Shown one piece after another: positions 13,512 through 22,610 of a stretch of 40,297 bases of DNA. The stretch comes from Burkholderiales bacterium. GTDB lineage: Bacteria > Pseudomonadota > Gammaproteobacteria > Burkholderiales > Ga0077523. The translations under genes were made by a program, and so were the position numbers. Where the stretch lies: assembly GCA_026125595.1 (NCBI GenBank), contig JAHCKV010000001.1, positions 1-40,297 on the forward strand, written 5' to 3'. The notes beneath the pieces were generated by a model. The model did no database searches. It worked only from the letters and a program-made list of their open reading frames with translations, and was not told the origin of the DNA. Position 1 is the first letter of the stretch. Each line of letters begins with the position of its first letter.

Positions 13512-13528
13512 TGCACAATATTGGTGCA
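13512..13528 (+). promoter_or_regulatory. NtrC-type upstream activator site
   Basis: TGCACAATATTGGTGCA fits the 17-bp dyad TGCACC-N5-GGTGCA. It lies about 110 bp upstream of the sigma54 promoter below. Confidence 0.55.
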
Positions 13529-13620
13529 GAATACGAAAAATACGCCCCGATTGAGTGCTCACCTTTTGCAACAAACCGGATAAACACGGTTAAGTACATG
13601 AAGTTGAATATTAATATTCT

Positions 13621-13635
13621 TGGCATGTCACTTGC
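13621..13635 (+). promoter_or_regulatory. Sigma54 (-24/-12) promoter of the porin-glnK-amtB operon
   Basis: TGGCATGTCACTTGC matches TGGCAC-N5-TTGC with exact GG/GC spacing. It lies 83 nt upstream of the porin ATG. Confidence 0.6.
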
Positions 13636-13717
13636 GAACGCGGTGCGTTGCGGTTCTCTGCATTCATCTTCTTGCAATCCGTCCACCACAACTGCTGTTC
13701 CGAGAGGGGAATCAAAC

Positions 13718-14611
13718 ATGTTCAAGCAGAAAGTCCTGGCAGCTACCCTTGCCGGCGTCGGGCTGACGGCTGTGGCCGCTCACGCCCAGGACACGAGTCC
13801 GCATTCCGTCAGCGGCAACATCACGTTCGTCACCAACTACATGACCCGTGGCCTGACCCAGACCGACTCGCGTCCCGCGCTGCAAGGCGGCGTCGACTAT
13901 GCCCATTCGTCCGGGCTGTACGCCAGCTTCTGGGGTTCCAACGTGTCATGGCCGGCGGATGGCTTCGAAGTGGCAGCTCCCGGCATATCCAGTGCCTATG
14001 GCGGCAGCCCCAGCAACGCCATCAGCAACAGTCTGGAACTGGATTTCTCGGCCGGCTATCGCAAATCGTTCCTGACCGATTTCACGGTGGACGTCGGTGG
14101 TGTCTATTACTACTACCCGGGCACCTACATTCTCGACAGGACTTACACCGCCGGCCTGAAAACGCCGCAGACGGCCGAGGTCTATGCCGGCCTGGGCTGG
14201 AAGTGGTTCACGGCGAAGGCATGGGTCGCGGTGTCCGACGGCGTCTTCATGGTGCCCGATGCCCGCGGCACGACGTACTACAACCTGTCCGGCACCTTCC
14301 CCCTCGGTGAAAGCGGCTTCAACATCGTCGCCGCTGTCGGTACGTGGCAGTTCCAAGGTCAGGCCGAGTATCTCCAGACCTATGGCCTGAAGAACGACAT
14401 CTACGATCTGGTCGACTACAAGATCGGTCTGACCAAGGAAATCCTGGGCTTCAACGTCGGCGCGTTCTACTGGGGCAGCAACGGCGACAAGACGACGGTT
14501 GGCGCACCGGGTTCGGCCAACGCCGGCTTTGAAACCGCCGTCTGGGGCAATCGCTACGGCCGCAACATCGCCGACGACACTTTCCTGGTCAGCATCGGCA
14601 AATCGTTCTGA
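13718..14611 (+). CDS. TorF-family putative outer-membrane porin
   Basis: ATG at 13718 after GAGAGGGGA. The signal peptide is MFKQKVLAATLAGVGLTAVAAHA. The family-typical N-terminus is SGNITFVTNYMTRGLTQTDSRPALQGGVDY, and alternating beta-strand patterns end in ...FLVSIGKSF (C-terminal Phe). Confidence 0.75.
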   Translation: MFKQKVLAATLAGVGLTAVAAHAQDTSPHSVSGNITFVTNYMTRGLTQTDSRPALQGGVDYAHSSGLYASFWGSNVSWPADGFEVAAPGISSAYGGSPSNAISNSLELDFSAGYRKSFLTDFTVDVGGVYYYYPGTYILDRTYTAGLKTPQTAEVYAGLGWKWFTAKAWVAVSDGVFMVPDARGTTYYNLSGTFPLGESGFNIVAAVGTWQFQGQAEYLQTYGLKNDIYDLVDYKIGLTKEILGFNVGAFYWGSNGDKTTVGAPGSANAGFETAVWGNRYGRNIADDTFLVSIGKSF

Positions 14612-14619
14612 TCTTGTAG

Positions 14620-15021
<402 letters not shown>

Positions 15022-15039
15022 TCGAGAAGGGAGACCCCA

Positions 15040-16413
15040 ATGAAGAAATTTCTGGCTCTGCTCGCCGCGGCATTCGTGCTCGGCACTGCAGGTCCCGTCT
15101 TCGCGGACGAAGAGGCCACCACGACGACCGTGACGGAAACGACCGAGGTCGCGGCTGAAGTCGTCGAAGCCGAGGCACCCGCCGCGGCGGAAGAGGAAGC
15201 GAAGCTCGACTCCGGCAACACGGCGTGGATGCTGACGTCGACCGTGCTCGTGATCATGATGGCCATTCCCGGCCTGGCATTGTTCTACGGTGGCCTCGTG
15301 CGCACCAAGAACATGCTGTCGGTGCTGATGCAGGTGTTCGTGACGTTCTCGTTGATGTCCGTGCTGTGGGTGATCGCGGGCTACTCCCTGGCGTTCACGG
15401 AAGGCAATGCACTGTTCGGCGGGTTCAGCAAGGCGTTCCTGTCGGGGATCACATCCGACTCGCTGACCGGCTCGATTCCCGAACTCGTGTTCGTGACGTT
15501 CCAGTTGACGTTCGCCTCCATCACCCCGGCCCTGATCGTCGGCGGCTTCGCCGAGCGGATCAAGTTCTCGGCCGTGCTGTGGTTCATGGCCCTGTGGCTG
15601 CTGCTGGTGTACGCACCGGTCGCGCACATGGTCTGGGGTGGCGGATTCCTCGCCGAACTGGGCGCGAAGGATTTCGCCGGCGGTACCGTGGTGCACATCA
15701 ACGCAGGGATCGCCGCGCTGATCGGTGCCATCGTGCTGGGCAAGCGGATCGGTTACGGCAAGGAGAGCATGGCGCCGCACAGCCTGACCATGACCATGAT
15801 CGGCGCGTCGCTGCTGTGGGTCGGCTGGTTCGGCTTCAACGTCGGTTCGCAACTGGCGGCCGATGGCGGAGCGGGTCTGGTGATGGTCAACACGCAAGTG
15901 GCGACTGCCGCCGCCGTGCTCGGCTGGCTGTTCATCGAATGGCTGGTCAAGGGCAAACCGTCGATGCTGGGTGGTGCCTCCGGTGCGGTCGCCGGGCTCG
16001 TGGCGATCACGCCGGCCTGCGGTTTTGTCGGTCCGATGGGGTCGATCATCCTGGGCGTCATCGCCGGTGTGGTCTGCTTCTGGGCCGTGACCGGTTTGAA
16101 GTCGATGTTCCGCTACGACGATTCGCTGGACGTCTTCGGCGTCCACGGTATCGGTGGGATCGTCGGTGCCGTGTTGACCGGTGTGCTGATGGCCCCCGGT
16201 CTCGGTGGCGTCGGGTTCGACGAAGGCATCACGATGGGGGCCCAGGTCTGGAAACAGATCGTCGCCGTCCTCGTCACCATCGTCTGGTGCGCAGTCGTGA
16301 GCTTCATCCTCTTCAAGATCATCGATCTGGTGATCGGTCTGCGCGTCAGCGAAGACAAGGAGCGCGAAGGTCTCGACATCACCGAACACGGTGAAACCGC
16401 GTACCACCCCTGA
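15040..16413 (+). CDS. amtB: Ammonium transporter
   Basis: 457 aa with 11 TM helices. Amt signatures are present (FAGGTVVHINAGIAALIGAIVLGKR, DDSLDVFGVHGIGGIVGA), and the gene is paired with glnK. Confidence 0.97.
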   Translation: MKKFLALLAAAFVLGTAGPVFADEEATTTTVTETTEVAAEVVEAEAPAAAEEEAKLDSGNTAWMLTSTVLVIMMAIPGLALFYGGLVRTKNMLSVLMQVFVTFSLMSVLWVIAGYSLAFTEGNALFGGFSKAFLSGITSDSLTGSIPELVFVTFQLTFASITPALIVGGFAERIKFSAVLWFMALWLLLVYAPVAHMVWGGGFLAELGAKDFAGGTVVHINAGIAALIGAIVLGKRIGYGKESMAPHSLTMTMIGASLLWVGWFGFNVGSQLAADGGAGLVMVNTQVATAAAVLGWLFIEWLVKGKPSMLGGASGAVAGLVAITPACGFVGPMGSIILGVIAGVVCFWAVTGLKSMFRYDDSLDVFGVHGIGGIVGAVLTGVLMAPGLGGVGFDEGITMGAQVWKQIVAVLVTIVWCAVVSFILFKIIDLVIGLRVSEDKEREGLDITEHGETAYHP

Positions 16414-16464
16414 TTCACCGCAGTACTCATCTCCTGCCGATCGGCTCATCCCCGTCGGCACTTT

Positions 16465-16494
16465 CCGGGCGCTCCAGGGCGCCCGGTTTTTATT
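16465..16494 (+). terminator. Rho-independent terminator after amtB
   Basis: CCGGGCGC-tccagg-GCGCCCGG followed by TTTTTATT. Confidence 0.7.
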
Positions 16495-16579
16495 GGTGCT
16501 CCACACTTGCGAGCGACCATCGACGCGCAGCGGCGCCGCGGTGGATCGCGCGCGGACATGCCGACTCCCGGCGACGACG

Positions 16580-16612
16580 AAAACACCCGCGCGCCGGAAT
16601 GGCGGGCGGGTG
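16580..16612 (-). terminator. Rho-independent terminator after the cupin gene (end of module A)
   Basis: The reverse strand reads CACCCGCCCGCC-attcc-GGCGCGCGGGTG followed by TTTTCGTCGT. Confidence 0.6.
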
Positions 16613-16638
16613 CGACGATCGATGCGATCGAGAGCGGC

Positions 16639-17025
16639 CTACTCGGCCGCGGACGAAGAAGCGGCAGCGACCTGCGTGCCGAACGCGAAATACTTGCGAA
16701 CAGGTTCGATCACATCGACAACGCCCTTGAAGCCCGCCGGAATCACGCAGGCATCCCCGGGACCGCAGTCGGCCGCGGTGCCGTCCTCGGAAACAATTCG
16801 CAAACGCCCTTCGATGACAAAGAAGAACTCATGCATCGCGGCGGTCAGTTCGAGCCGGTAGGCACCGACCTCGCATTCCCACCAGCCACATTCGAACTCA
16901 CCGGCGGGCGCGGAAAAGCAGACCCGGGTCGTCTGGACCGGATTGCCGTGCACGCGCCGATCGGAGGCCGGATGCTCGACGACCCCGACCGTGCTGTCGG
17001 GGGTCAGAAGCGAAGCGTGAATCAT
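16639..17025 (-). CDS. Cupin-fold protein (DUF861/cupin_3-like)
   Basis: 128 aa. GEFECGWWECEVGAYRLE...HEFFFVIEGRLRIVSEDGTAADCGPGDACVIPAGFKG..VIEPVRKYF fits the small single-domain cupin pattern. It starts 22 nt downstream of the dmfA2-like gene. Confidence 0.7.
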   Translation of the reverse strand: MIHASLLTPDSTVGVVEHPASDRRVHGNPVQTTRVCFSAPAGEFECGWWECEVGAYRLELTAAMHEFFFVIEGRLRIVSEDGTAADCGPGDACVIPAGFKGVVDVIEPVRKYFAFGTQVAAASSSAAE

Positions 17026-17047
17026 CGTGTTCTCCCTGCTGTCGATA

Positions 17048-19366
17048 TCATCGCCACTGTTTCTCGTCCGCGATCCAGCCCCATCCGGGCAGCGGTCCGT
17101 CCTTCAGGAACGCATCGACCACGTTCTTGGTGATTCTCGAAACATTGTTGTCGAAATTGTTGTGCGGCAACGCGCTGCCCCACGCGATGGACCCGGTCGA
17201 GAACACGGCGCCGTGGTTCGGCGCGGTGTAGTAGGTGACATCCGCCCGGACCTTCGGCTCCTGCGTGCCGCCGAATCCCGGATGCATGTAGACCACGTCT
17301 TCGACGACGAGGATGTAGTTGTCGCTGTGACCACCGGAGGATGCGAGGATCTTCGTGTGGGGCGGCGTGCCGAGTTTCAGATCGTAGCGATCCAGCTCGA
17401 CGCCGGCTGCACCGCCACGCGCCAGGCCGAAATCGCCGAACACCTCGCCCTCCACCCCGTCCATGATCCACGACACCGTCCGGTGATAGCTGTCGGGCAT
17501 GCGGCGGAACGGCCGGGATTCCTCGAAACCTTCGGCCGTGAATCCGACGCCGAGGATCTTCTGCGGCGGGCGACCGCGATTCTTCCACAGGCCGCTCTTC
17601 TCGCCCGTCGTCTGCAGGTAGTGCTCGCCGGGCTTGGCCTCCCACGCCCGGGACCCGGAATCGAGCTTGCGGACTTCCATGATCCAAGGCTGATCGTCGC
17701 GGAACCCGACGCACCAGTAGAACCCGTTGCCGCCCATGTACAACAACCGGCCGCCGCTCTCGATGTAGTCCTCGCTGGCGTCGAGCATCGGCTCCGAAAA
17801 GTATTCCGGGTGGCTTCCCGTCAGCACGCACTTGTACGGCGCGAGCGCTGCCAGGCCCTCGCGGTGCAGATCTTCGTCGGTCAGCACTTCGTAGTCGTAC
17901 GCCATCGCTTCGAGCCAGCCGATGATCGACAGGTCGGCGGGAAACTGCCACGTGCAGCCCATGCTCGACATCCGGTGCTTCGGTCGCATGTTGACGATGG
18001 GACGTCGATACGACGTGAAGCACACCCCTTTGCCATCGATGAATCGGTCGTAGGTGGACAGACCGAACTCCTGATTCTTGTACATCTCGACGTCGATCTC
18101 CGCGACGATCGGCGGTTGCCCCGCCATCGGCTGGATGATCTGCGCGTCGAAGCTCAGGTGTTCGTTCGCATAGGCGAGATAGCTGGCGGTCGGGATCAGC
18201 ATCGCGACCTTGGCCTTCGGCTGCGCCGCGCGGACGAAGAACACGACGTACTCTTCCGCCAGCCCTGTGCCGTCACCGGCACGCAGCCGCATCGCGTACA
18301 CGCCGCTGCGCAGGCTCTCCGGCACCGTGAACGCAAAGGTCGGCTCCCAGTTGCTGTCGATCATCACGTCGACATGGAACTCGATGCCGCCGTACTGCTC
18401 GGGCGCGAGCCGGAAGCAGTCCTCGCGGCCATTCCAGTTCCAGCCGGTTTGCCCACGGATCGGTTTGTTGTAGCCCACCGAATGCAGCCCGTGCGGCCCG
18501 ACATCCAGCACCGTATCGCCGATGCCGCGGGCGTCGTATCCCTTGGTCGTATCCCAGTGGGCGACCAGTCCGTCCTTGGGCAGCTCACGGCCGCTGCGGA
18601 TGCCGTCCAGCGCTTCGCGACTCAGCGCCTTCGCGTACACGCCGTGACGATCGATCTTGCCGCAATAGCATTGCCCGATGAAATGGCCGCGCAGTTCATG
18701 CCAGTCCTGCGCACCGCTCACGATGAAAGGCGCATCTTGATTGCGCGGCTTCACCCGCATCGGCTCGGTGACATGGGAGCGATAGTCGTACGGCGTGACT
18801 TTCGACAGCAGGCTGTTGTAGCGCGTCAGCATCCCTTCCTGGTAGAGCGTGACGCGTCGCGTCTGCGCGTCGTAGCTGGCGGCGACGAAGTACCAGACAT
18901 TCGCCACCAGCGGAATCTCCGCGCCGACATAGTCCACTTCGGTTCCGTCGCCCATCCAGAACTCGAGGTAGCCCTTCGGATTGATGCCGAGGCAATAGCC
19001 TTCGTTGCGATCGATGGACCAGCGCCCCACCAACGCCTGCCGCACGTTGAAGGCCGGCAGCGTCGGCTGGATATAGGCGTAGACCGTGAAGCTCTCGGAC
19101 AGCGCAAGCCGGTTCTGCGGATCAGCGACACGCAGGAACGAGCCGACCTGGGTGTACTGCTTGCGCGCCGGCCATTCGCGATTCGCCGTGCTCTGGATCT
19201 CGCGCTCGACGAAACCGGGACCGGTTGGGTGCTCGTCGCCGTGGATCAGCCGGACCAGCTGCGCCGAGATACGATCGGTGCCATCCGCGCTGACCATGAA
19301 GTTCATCGCGTCGCCGGGCTTGACGGACAGTCGGTCGCAGTAGCCGAAGATCTTGATTTGAGCCAT
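17048..19366 (-). CDS. dmfA2: N,N-dimethylformamidase large (beta) subunit-like protein
   Basis: 772 aa. The N-terminus MAQIKIFGYCDRLSVKPGD...LVRLIHGDEHPTGPGF, and the blocks SYLAYANEH, STYDRFIDGKGV, TGSHPEY, GGAAGVELDRYD and LGTPPHT, match the DmfA2 family as I recall it from Alcaligenes/Paracoccus/Methylobacterium DMFases. The size also fits (about 760 aa). Confidence 0.8.
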   Translation of the reverse strand: MAQIKIFGYCDRLSVKPGDAMNFMVSADGTDRISAQLVRLIHGDEHPTGPGFVEREIQSTANREWPARKQYTQVGSFLRVADPQNRLALSESFTVYAYIQPTLPAFNVRQALVGRWSIDRNEGYCLGINPKGYLEFWMGDGTEVDYVGAEIPLVANVWYFVAASYDAQTRRVTLYQEGMLTRYNSLLSKVTPYDYRSHVTEPMRVKPRNQDAPFIVSGAQDWHELRGHFIGQCYCGKIDRHGVYAKALSREALDGIRSGRELPKDGLVAHWDTTKGYDARGIGDTVLDVGPHGLHSVGYNKPIRGQTGWNWNGREDCFRLAPEQYGGIEFHVDVMIDSNWEPTFAFTVPESLRSGVYAMRLRAGDGTGLAEEYVVFFVRAAQPKAKVAMLIPTASYLAYANEHLSFDAQIIQPMAGQPPIVAEIDVEMYKNQEFGLSTYDRFIDGKGVCFTSYRRPIVNMRPKHRMSSMGCTWQFPADLSIIGWLEAMAYDYEVLTDEDLHREGLAALAPYKCVLTGSHPEYFSEPMLDASEDYIESGGRLLYMGGNGFYWCVGFRDDQPWIMEVRKLDSGSRAWEAKPGEHYLQTTGEKSGLWKNRGRPPQKILGVGFTAEGFEESRPFRRMPDSYHRTVSWIMDGVEGEVFGDFGLARGGAAGVELDRYDLKLGTPPHTKILASSGGHSDNYILVVEDVVYMHPGFGGTQEPKVRADVTYYTAPNHGAVFSTGSIAWGSALPHNNFDNNVSRITKNVVDAFLKDGPLPGWGWIADEKQWR

Positions 19367-19400
19367 GGGGAGAATGCGGAAAGGAAGCGGTGTATGTCGA

Positions 19401-19766
19401 TCAGGATTCGAGAAGGTCCTGCACCCGGCGCAGGAACACCGCGTGGTAGGCCTCGTTCTCGCTCGTGTAGATCTTGTCGTCGACCAGCCGCGGCGCCACG
19501 CCGCGCTGGCCGGACAGCGCGACGATGCGGTACTCCTTGAACGGTTTGGTCATGGTGATCGCGTACTTGTCCACCTGGCCGGCGCGGCGGAAGTAGACGA
19601 GCAGACGTTCCAGCTGCTCGCTGTGCTGACCGAGCGGACGCCGCCGGTGTTCTTCGATGACGTCGTCGTCGATCAGCCCTTTCAGATAGTCGCGCTGCAT
19701 CTTGTCGAACCGGCGGAAGTAGATCTGATCCTTGTCCGCGGTTTCGGTCGCCTCTTCGGGAAGCAT
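19401..19766 (-). CDS. dmfA1: DMFase small (alpha) subunit-like segment, in frame within the 3' part of the permease ORF, with its own SD and ATG
   Basis: AAAGGAGGTGAA-ATG at 19766. The 121 aa are soluble and align without gaps to the small protein at 27900..28340 (27/68 identical by hand, for example YRIVALSGQRGVAPRLVDD vs WRIGRLSGIRGVPPVFVDD, and YHAVFLRRV vs QHAIFLMRL). The segment lies 34 nt upstream of the dmfA2-like gene, which is the dmfA1 position. Confidence 0.6.
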   Translation of the reverse strand: MLPEEATETADKDQIYFRRFDKMQRDYLKGLIDDDVIEEHRRRPLGQHSEQLERLLVYFRRAGQVDKYAITMTKPFKEYRIVALSGQRGVAPRLVDDKIYTSENEAYHAVFLRRVQDLLES

Positions 19767-20984
19767 TTCACCTCCTTTCTCGGATCGGGTGGATCGGAAC
19801 TCGCTCTTCTTCTTGTTGCGCCAGGCCCGGAACTGCAGCTTCGTGCCGAACAGTCCGTTGCGCAGGAACAGCACCGTCATCATCATGATGAAACCGATCA
19901 GGATCAGCCGCATCGGCCCCCACTCGAGGAAATACTTCTCGAGGAAGATCACGATCAGCGTGCCGACGACGGCTCCTTCGGCGCGCCCGAGGCCGCCGAT
20001 CACGATCATCGCCAGCATCAGCAGCACGACATCGAAGCTGAACAGCGAAGGCGATGCACCGCGGAAATGCGCGGCGTAGAAGCCCCCGATGAAACCGAGC
20101 GCGATCGACGAGATGATGAACACCCGGATGCGTGCCGCCCGGTAGTTGATGCCGGTCGCCTCGGCGAACGCCTCCTTCTTCTCCGGTGCCGCGCGCAGGA
20201 TGCGGCCAAGACGCGTACCGTTCACGAAGCGATAGAGGAACAGCGCGCCGATCATCAACAGCATGCAAGCGTAGAAGCCCAGCAGCAGCTGATGGTTCTC
20301 GCTCCAGCTCTCCGGGAAATAGCTGTCGGCGCCGTACAACCCGCCGGTTGCCGACCCGAACAGCTTCGACTGCACGACATAGACGCGGCACAGCTCGTTG
20401 ATGCCCAGCGTCAGCAACGCGTAGTAGAACCCGTCCAGCCGCGTCGCCGGCAACGCGATCAACGTGCCGAATATCAGGCCGAAGCCGCTGCCGACGAACG
20501 GCAGCGCCCACCACGGCAGACCATAGTGGATCGACAGATAGGCCGATCCGTAGGCAGCGGCGCCGACCACCGCCGGACTCGCGAGCGAGAAGATGCCGGC
20601 CGTGCCGACGATCAGCATCCAGCACAGGTTGATCGCGGCGTAGATGCCGAAGATCGCACCGGCGGCGAGCAGCGTGCTCGATTCCACGAAAGGCGCGATC
20701 GCGGCGAGCGCTGCTAGCCCGAGTACCCAGTACACCGGGCGCCGGTCGACGATGGTCTTCTCGGCGCGCAGGCTCTTCGGGTTGTAGACGCCGCGCAACC
20801 GCAGCACGTTGCGCCGCGTGAACGGGTAGCGCAGCCGCCACAGATTCGAGCTGTGGGCCGGCCACTTGTAGTACCAGCGCAGACGGCCGACGGGGTGCAG
20901 CGCCGCCTTCGATCGAGCACCCGCCGACGACCAGACGTCCTGCGGGTTCTTCCAGGCGGCGGACTTCCAGACTTTGTCGAACAT
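19401..20984 (-). CDS. UrtC/LivM-type ABC permease ORF that reads through, with no stop, into the DmfA1-like segment
   Basis: 527-aa ORF. An ~85-aa cytoplasmic N-terminus is followed by a hydrophobic permease core ending ...VLFLRNGLFGTK, then the basic linker LQFRAWRNKKKSEFRSTRSEKGGE, then the DmfA1-like 121 aa. The start is 3 nt after the upstream permease stop. Confidence 0.8.
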   Translation of the reverse strand: MFDKVWKSAAWKNPQDVWSSAGARSKAALHPVGRLRWYYKWPAHSSNLWRLRYPFTRRNVLRLRGVYNPKSLRAEKTIVDRRPVYWVLGLAALAAIAPFVESSTLLAAGAIFGIYAAINLCWMLIVGTAGIFSLASPAVVGAAAYGSAYLSIHYGLPWWALPFVGSGFGLIFGTLIALPATRLDGFYYALLTLGINELCRVYVVQSKLFGSATGGLYGADSYFPESWSENHQLLLGFYACMLLMIGALFLYRFVNGTRLGRILRAAPEKKEAFAEATGINYRAARIRVFIISSIALGFIGGFYAAHFRGASPSLFSFDVVLLMLAMIVIGGLGRAEGAVVGTLIVIFLEKYFLEWGPMRLILIGFIMMMTVLFLRNGLFGTKLQFRAWRNKKKSEFRSTRSEKGGEMLPEEATETADKDQIYFRRFDKMQRDYLKGLIDDDVIEEHRRRPLGQHSEQLERLLVYFRRAGQVDKYAITMTKPFKEYRIVALSGQRGVAPRLVDDKIYTSENEAYHAVFLRRVQDLLES

Positions 20985-20987
20985 GCG

Positions 20988-21884
20988 TCAGGCCTCGCGT
21001 GCCTTGTCGAGCATTCCGGCGATGCCGCGCGGGCGGATCAGCAGGATGATGATGATCAGCGCGAACTGCGTGATCAGGACGTACTGGCCGCCGAGGTAAG
21101 CCGACGTCAGCGATTCGTTGAGCCCCAGGATTGCGGCGGCGATCAACGCGCCCGACACGCTGCCGAGCCCGCCGCACAGCGCGACACTGACGCCCTTGAT
21201 CATCGGTGTGAGGCCGGAGAACGGACTCACGAAGTAGGTCTGGCACAGCAGCACCGCCGCCAGCCCGGCGAGGGCGCCGGTCAGCGCCATCACGTAGATG
21301 CCGGTGCGGCGCACGCCGATGCCGACGATCGCGGCGCCGTGGGGATTCATCATCATCGCGCGGATCTCGAGGCCGCGGCGACTCGACTTCAGCCACGTCA
21401 GCGTCACGGCCAGCAGCAGGATCGACGACACCAGCGCGCCGGCCTTGTCCGCCGTCAGCACGATGGCGCCGAACTCGGCCTGCCATTCGCCGAACACCGG
21501 CGGCAACGTCTTCACCCGCGGGCCGAAAATCCACAGCAGGATCTGCGTGCCCATCAGGCTGAGCGCCAAGGTCGCGATCAGACCGCGGACCGGGAAGTTC
21601 GGCTTGTCGTGAATCGGGATGAACGTCATCAGGCAGACCAGTACGCCCGCCAGTGCGCCGGTGCCGATACCCGCCGCGACGACGGCGACGCCGGTGATGA
21701 TCGGATCGACGTCGACCATCAGTTCCGCAACGCCCCACGCGCCATAGCCGGCGACGGCGAACGTAAGGCCGTACGCCATGTTGACCATGCCGACGCTGGA
21801 CCAGGTGATCGAGATGCCGATCGCGAGCAGTCCGTAGATCGAGGCCAGGGTCAGCGCCGACAGCAGGATGTACGACCAATCCAT
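20988..21884 (-). CDS. UrtB/LivH-type ABC permease
   Basis: 298 aa and polytopic, with family-typical MDWSYILLSALTLASIYGLLAIGISITWSSVGMVNMAYG. It abuts the ATPase gene stop. Confidence 0.9.
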   Translation of the reverse strand: MDWSYILLSALTLASIYGLLAIGISITWSSVGMVNMAYGLTFAVAGYGAWGVAELMVDVDPIITGVAVVAAGIGTGALAGVLVCLMTFIPIHDKPNFPVRGLIATLALSLMGTQILLWIFGPRVKTLPPVFGEWQAEFGAIVLTADKAGALVSSILLLAVTLTWLKSSRRGLEIRAMMMNPHGAAIVGIGVRRTGIYVMALTGALAGLAAVLLCQTYFVSPFSGLTPMIKGVSVALCGGLGSVSGALIAAAILGLNESLTSAYLGGQYVLITQFALIIIILLIRPRGIAGMLDKAREA

Positions 21885-22607
21885 TCAGGCCTCCCGCACC
21901 GTTTGGGCGGCGAGCCCCACGGCAGCCTCGCCCTTCAGCTTGCCGGCATGCATGCCGATCAGACGATTCACGCGACCTTCCAGAAGCGACACGTTCTGCT
22001 CGGCGATCACCATCGCGGCGTCGCCGAGTTCGACGCTCATCAACGCGTCGACCACGCCCTTGCTGATCTTCGGCGCGAGACCGAGCGACGGCTCGTCCAC
22101 CAGGAACAGCGACGCATCGGCCATCAGTCCGCGACCGAGCGACACCATGCGCCGCTCGCCGCCCGACAACCGACCGACCGCGGTCGCCATCAGCTTCTCG
22201 AGCGGCGGAAAGATCTCCAGCACGCGGCGCTTGCGTTGCGCGCGTTCGCGCCAGGCCCGCGGCGTGAACGCGCCGCTGTCGAGGTGTTCCTCGACGGTAA
22301 GTCCGGTGAAGATCTCGTCGCCCTGCGGCATCAGCGCGAGACCGAGCTTCACGACCCGATGGGTGAATCGTCCCGGTCCCTGACTGCGCGTGCCGCCGAC
22401 TTCATGACCGTTCAGCCGGATCGATCCACGCTGCCAGCCGGTGAGTCCTGCGATCGCGAGGAACAGCGTCGACTTGCCGTGGCCGTTGAGACCCACCAGC
22501 CCGACCCGCTCGCCGGAATACACGACGAGATCCAGATCGTGCAGCACGCGCAGCGGACCGTAGCCGGCGGACAGGCCCTTGACGTTGAGCACTTCGCGCG
22601 TGGCCAT
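21885..22607 (-). CDS. UrtE/LivF-type ABC ATP-binding protein
   Basis: 240 aa with Walker A GLNGHGKST, the signature LSGGERRM, and Walker B LFLVDEPSLGLAP. Confidence 0.9.
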   Translation of the reverse strand: MATREVLNVKGLSAGYGPLRVLHDLDLVVYSGERVGLVGLNGHGKSTLFLAIAGLTGWQRGSIRLNGHEVGGTRSQGPGRFTHRVVKLGLALMPQGDEIFTGLTVEEHLDSGAFTPRAWRERAQRKRRVLEIFPPLEKLMATAVGRLSGGERRMVSLGRGLMADASLFLVDEPSLGLAPKISKGVVDALMSVELGDAAMVIAEQNVSLLEGRVNRLIGMHAGKLKGEAAVGLAAQTVREA

Positions 22608-22610
22608 CGT

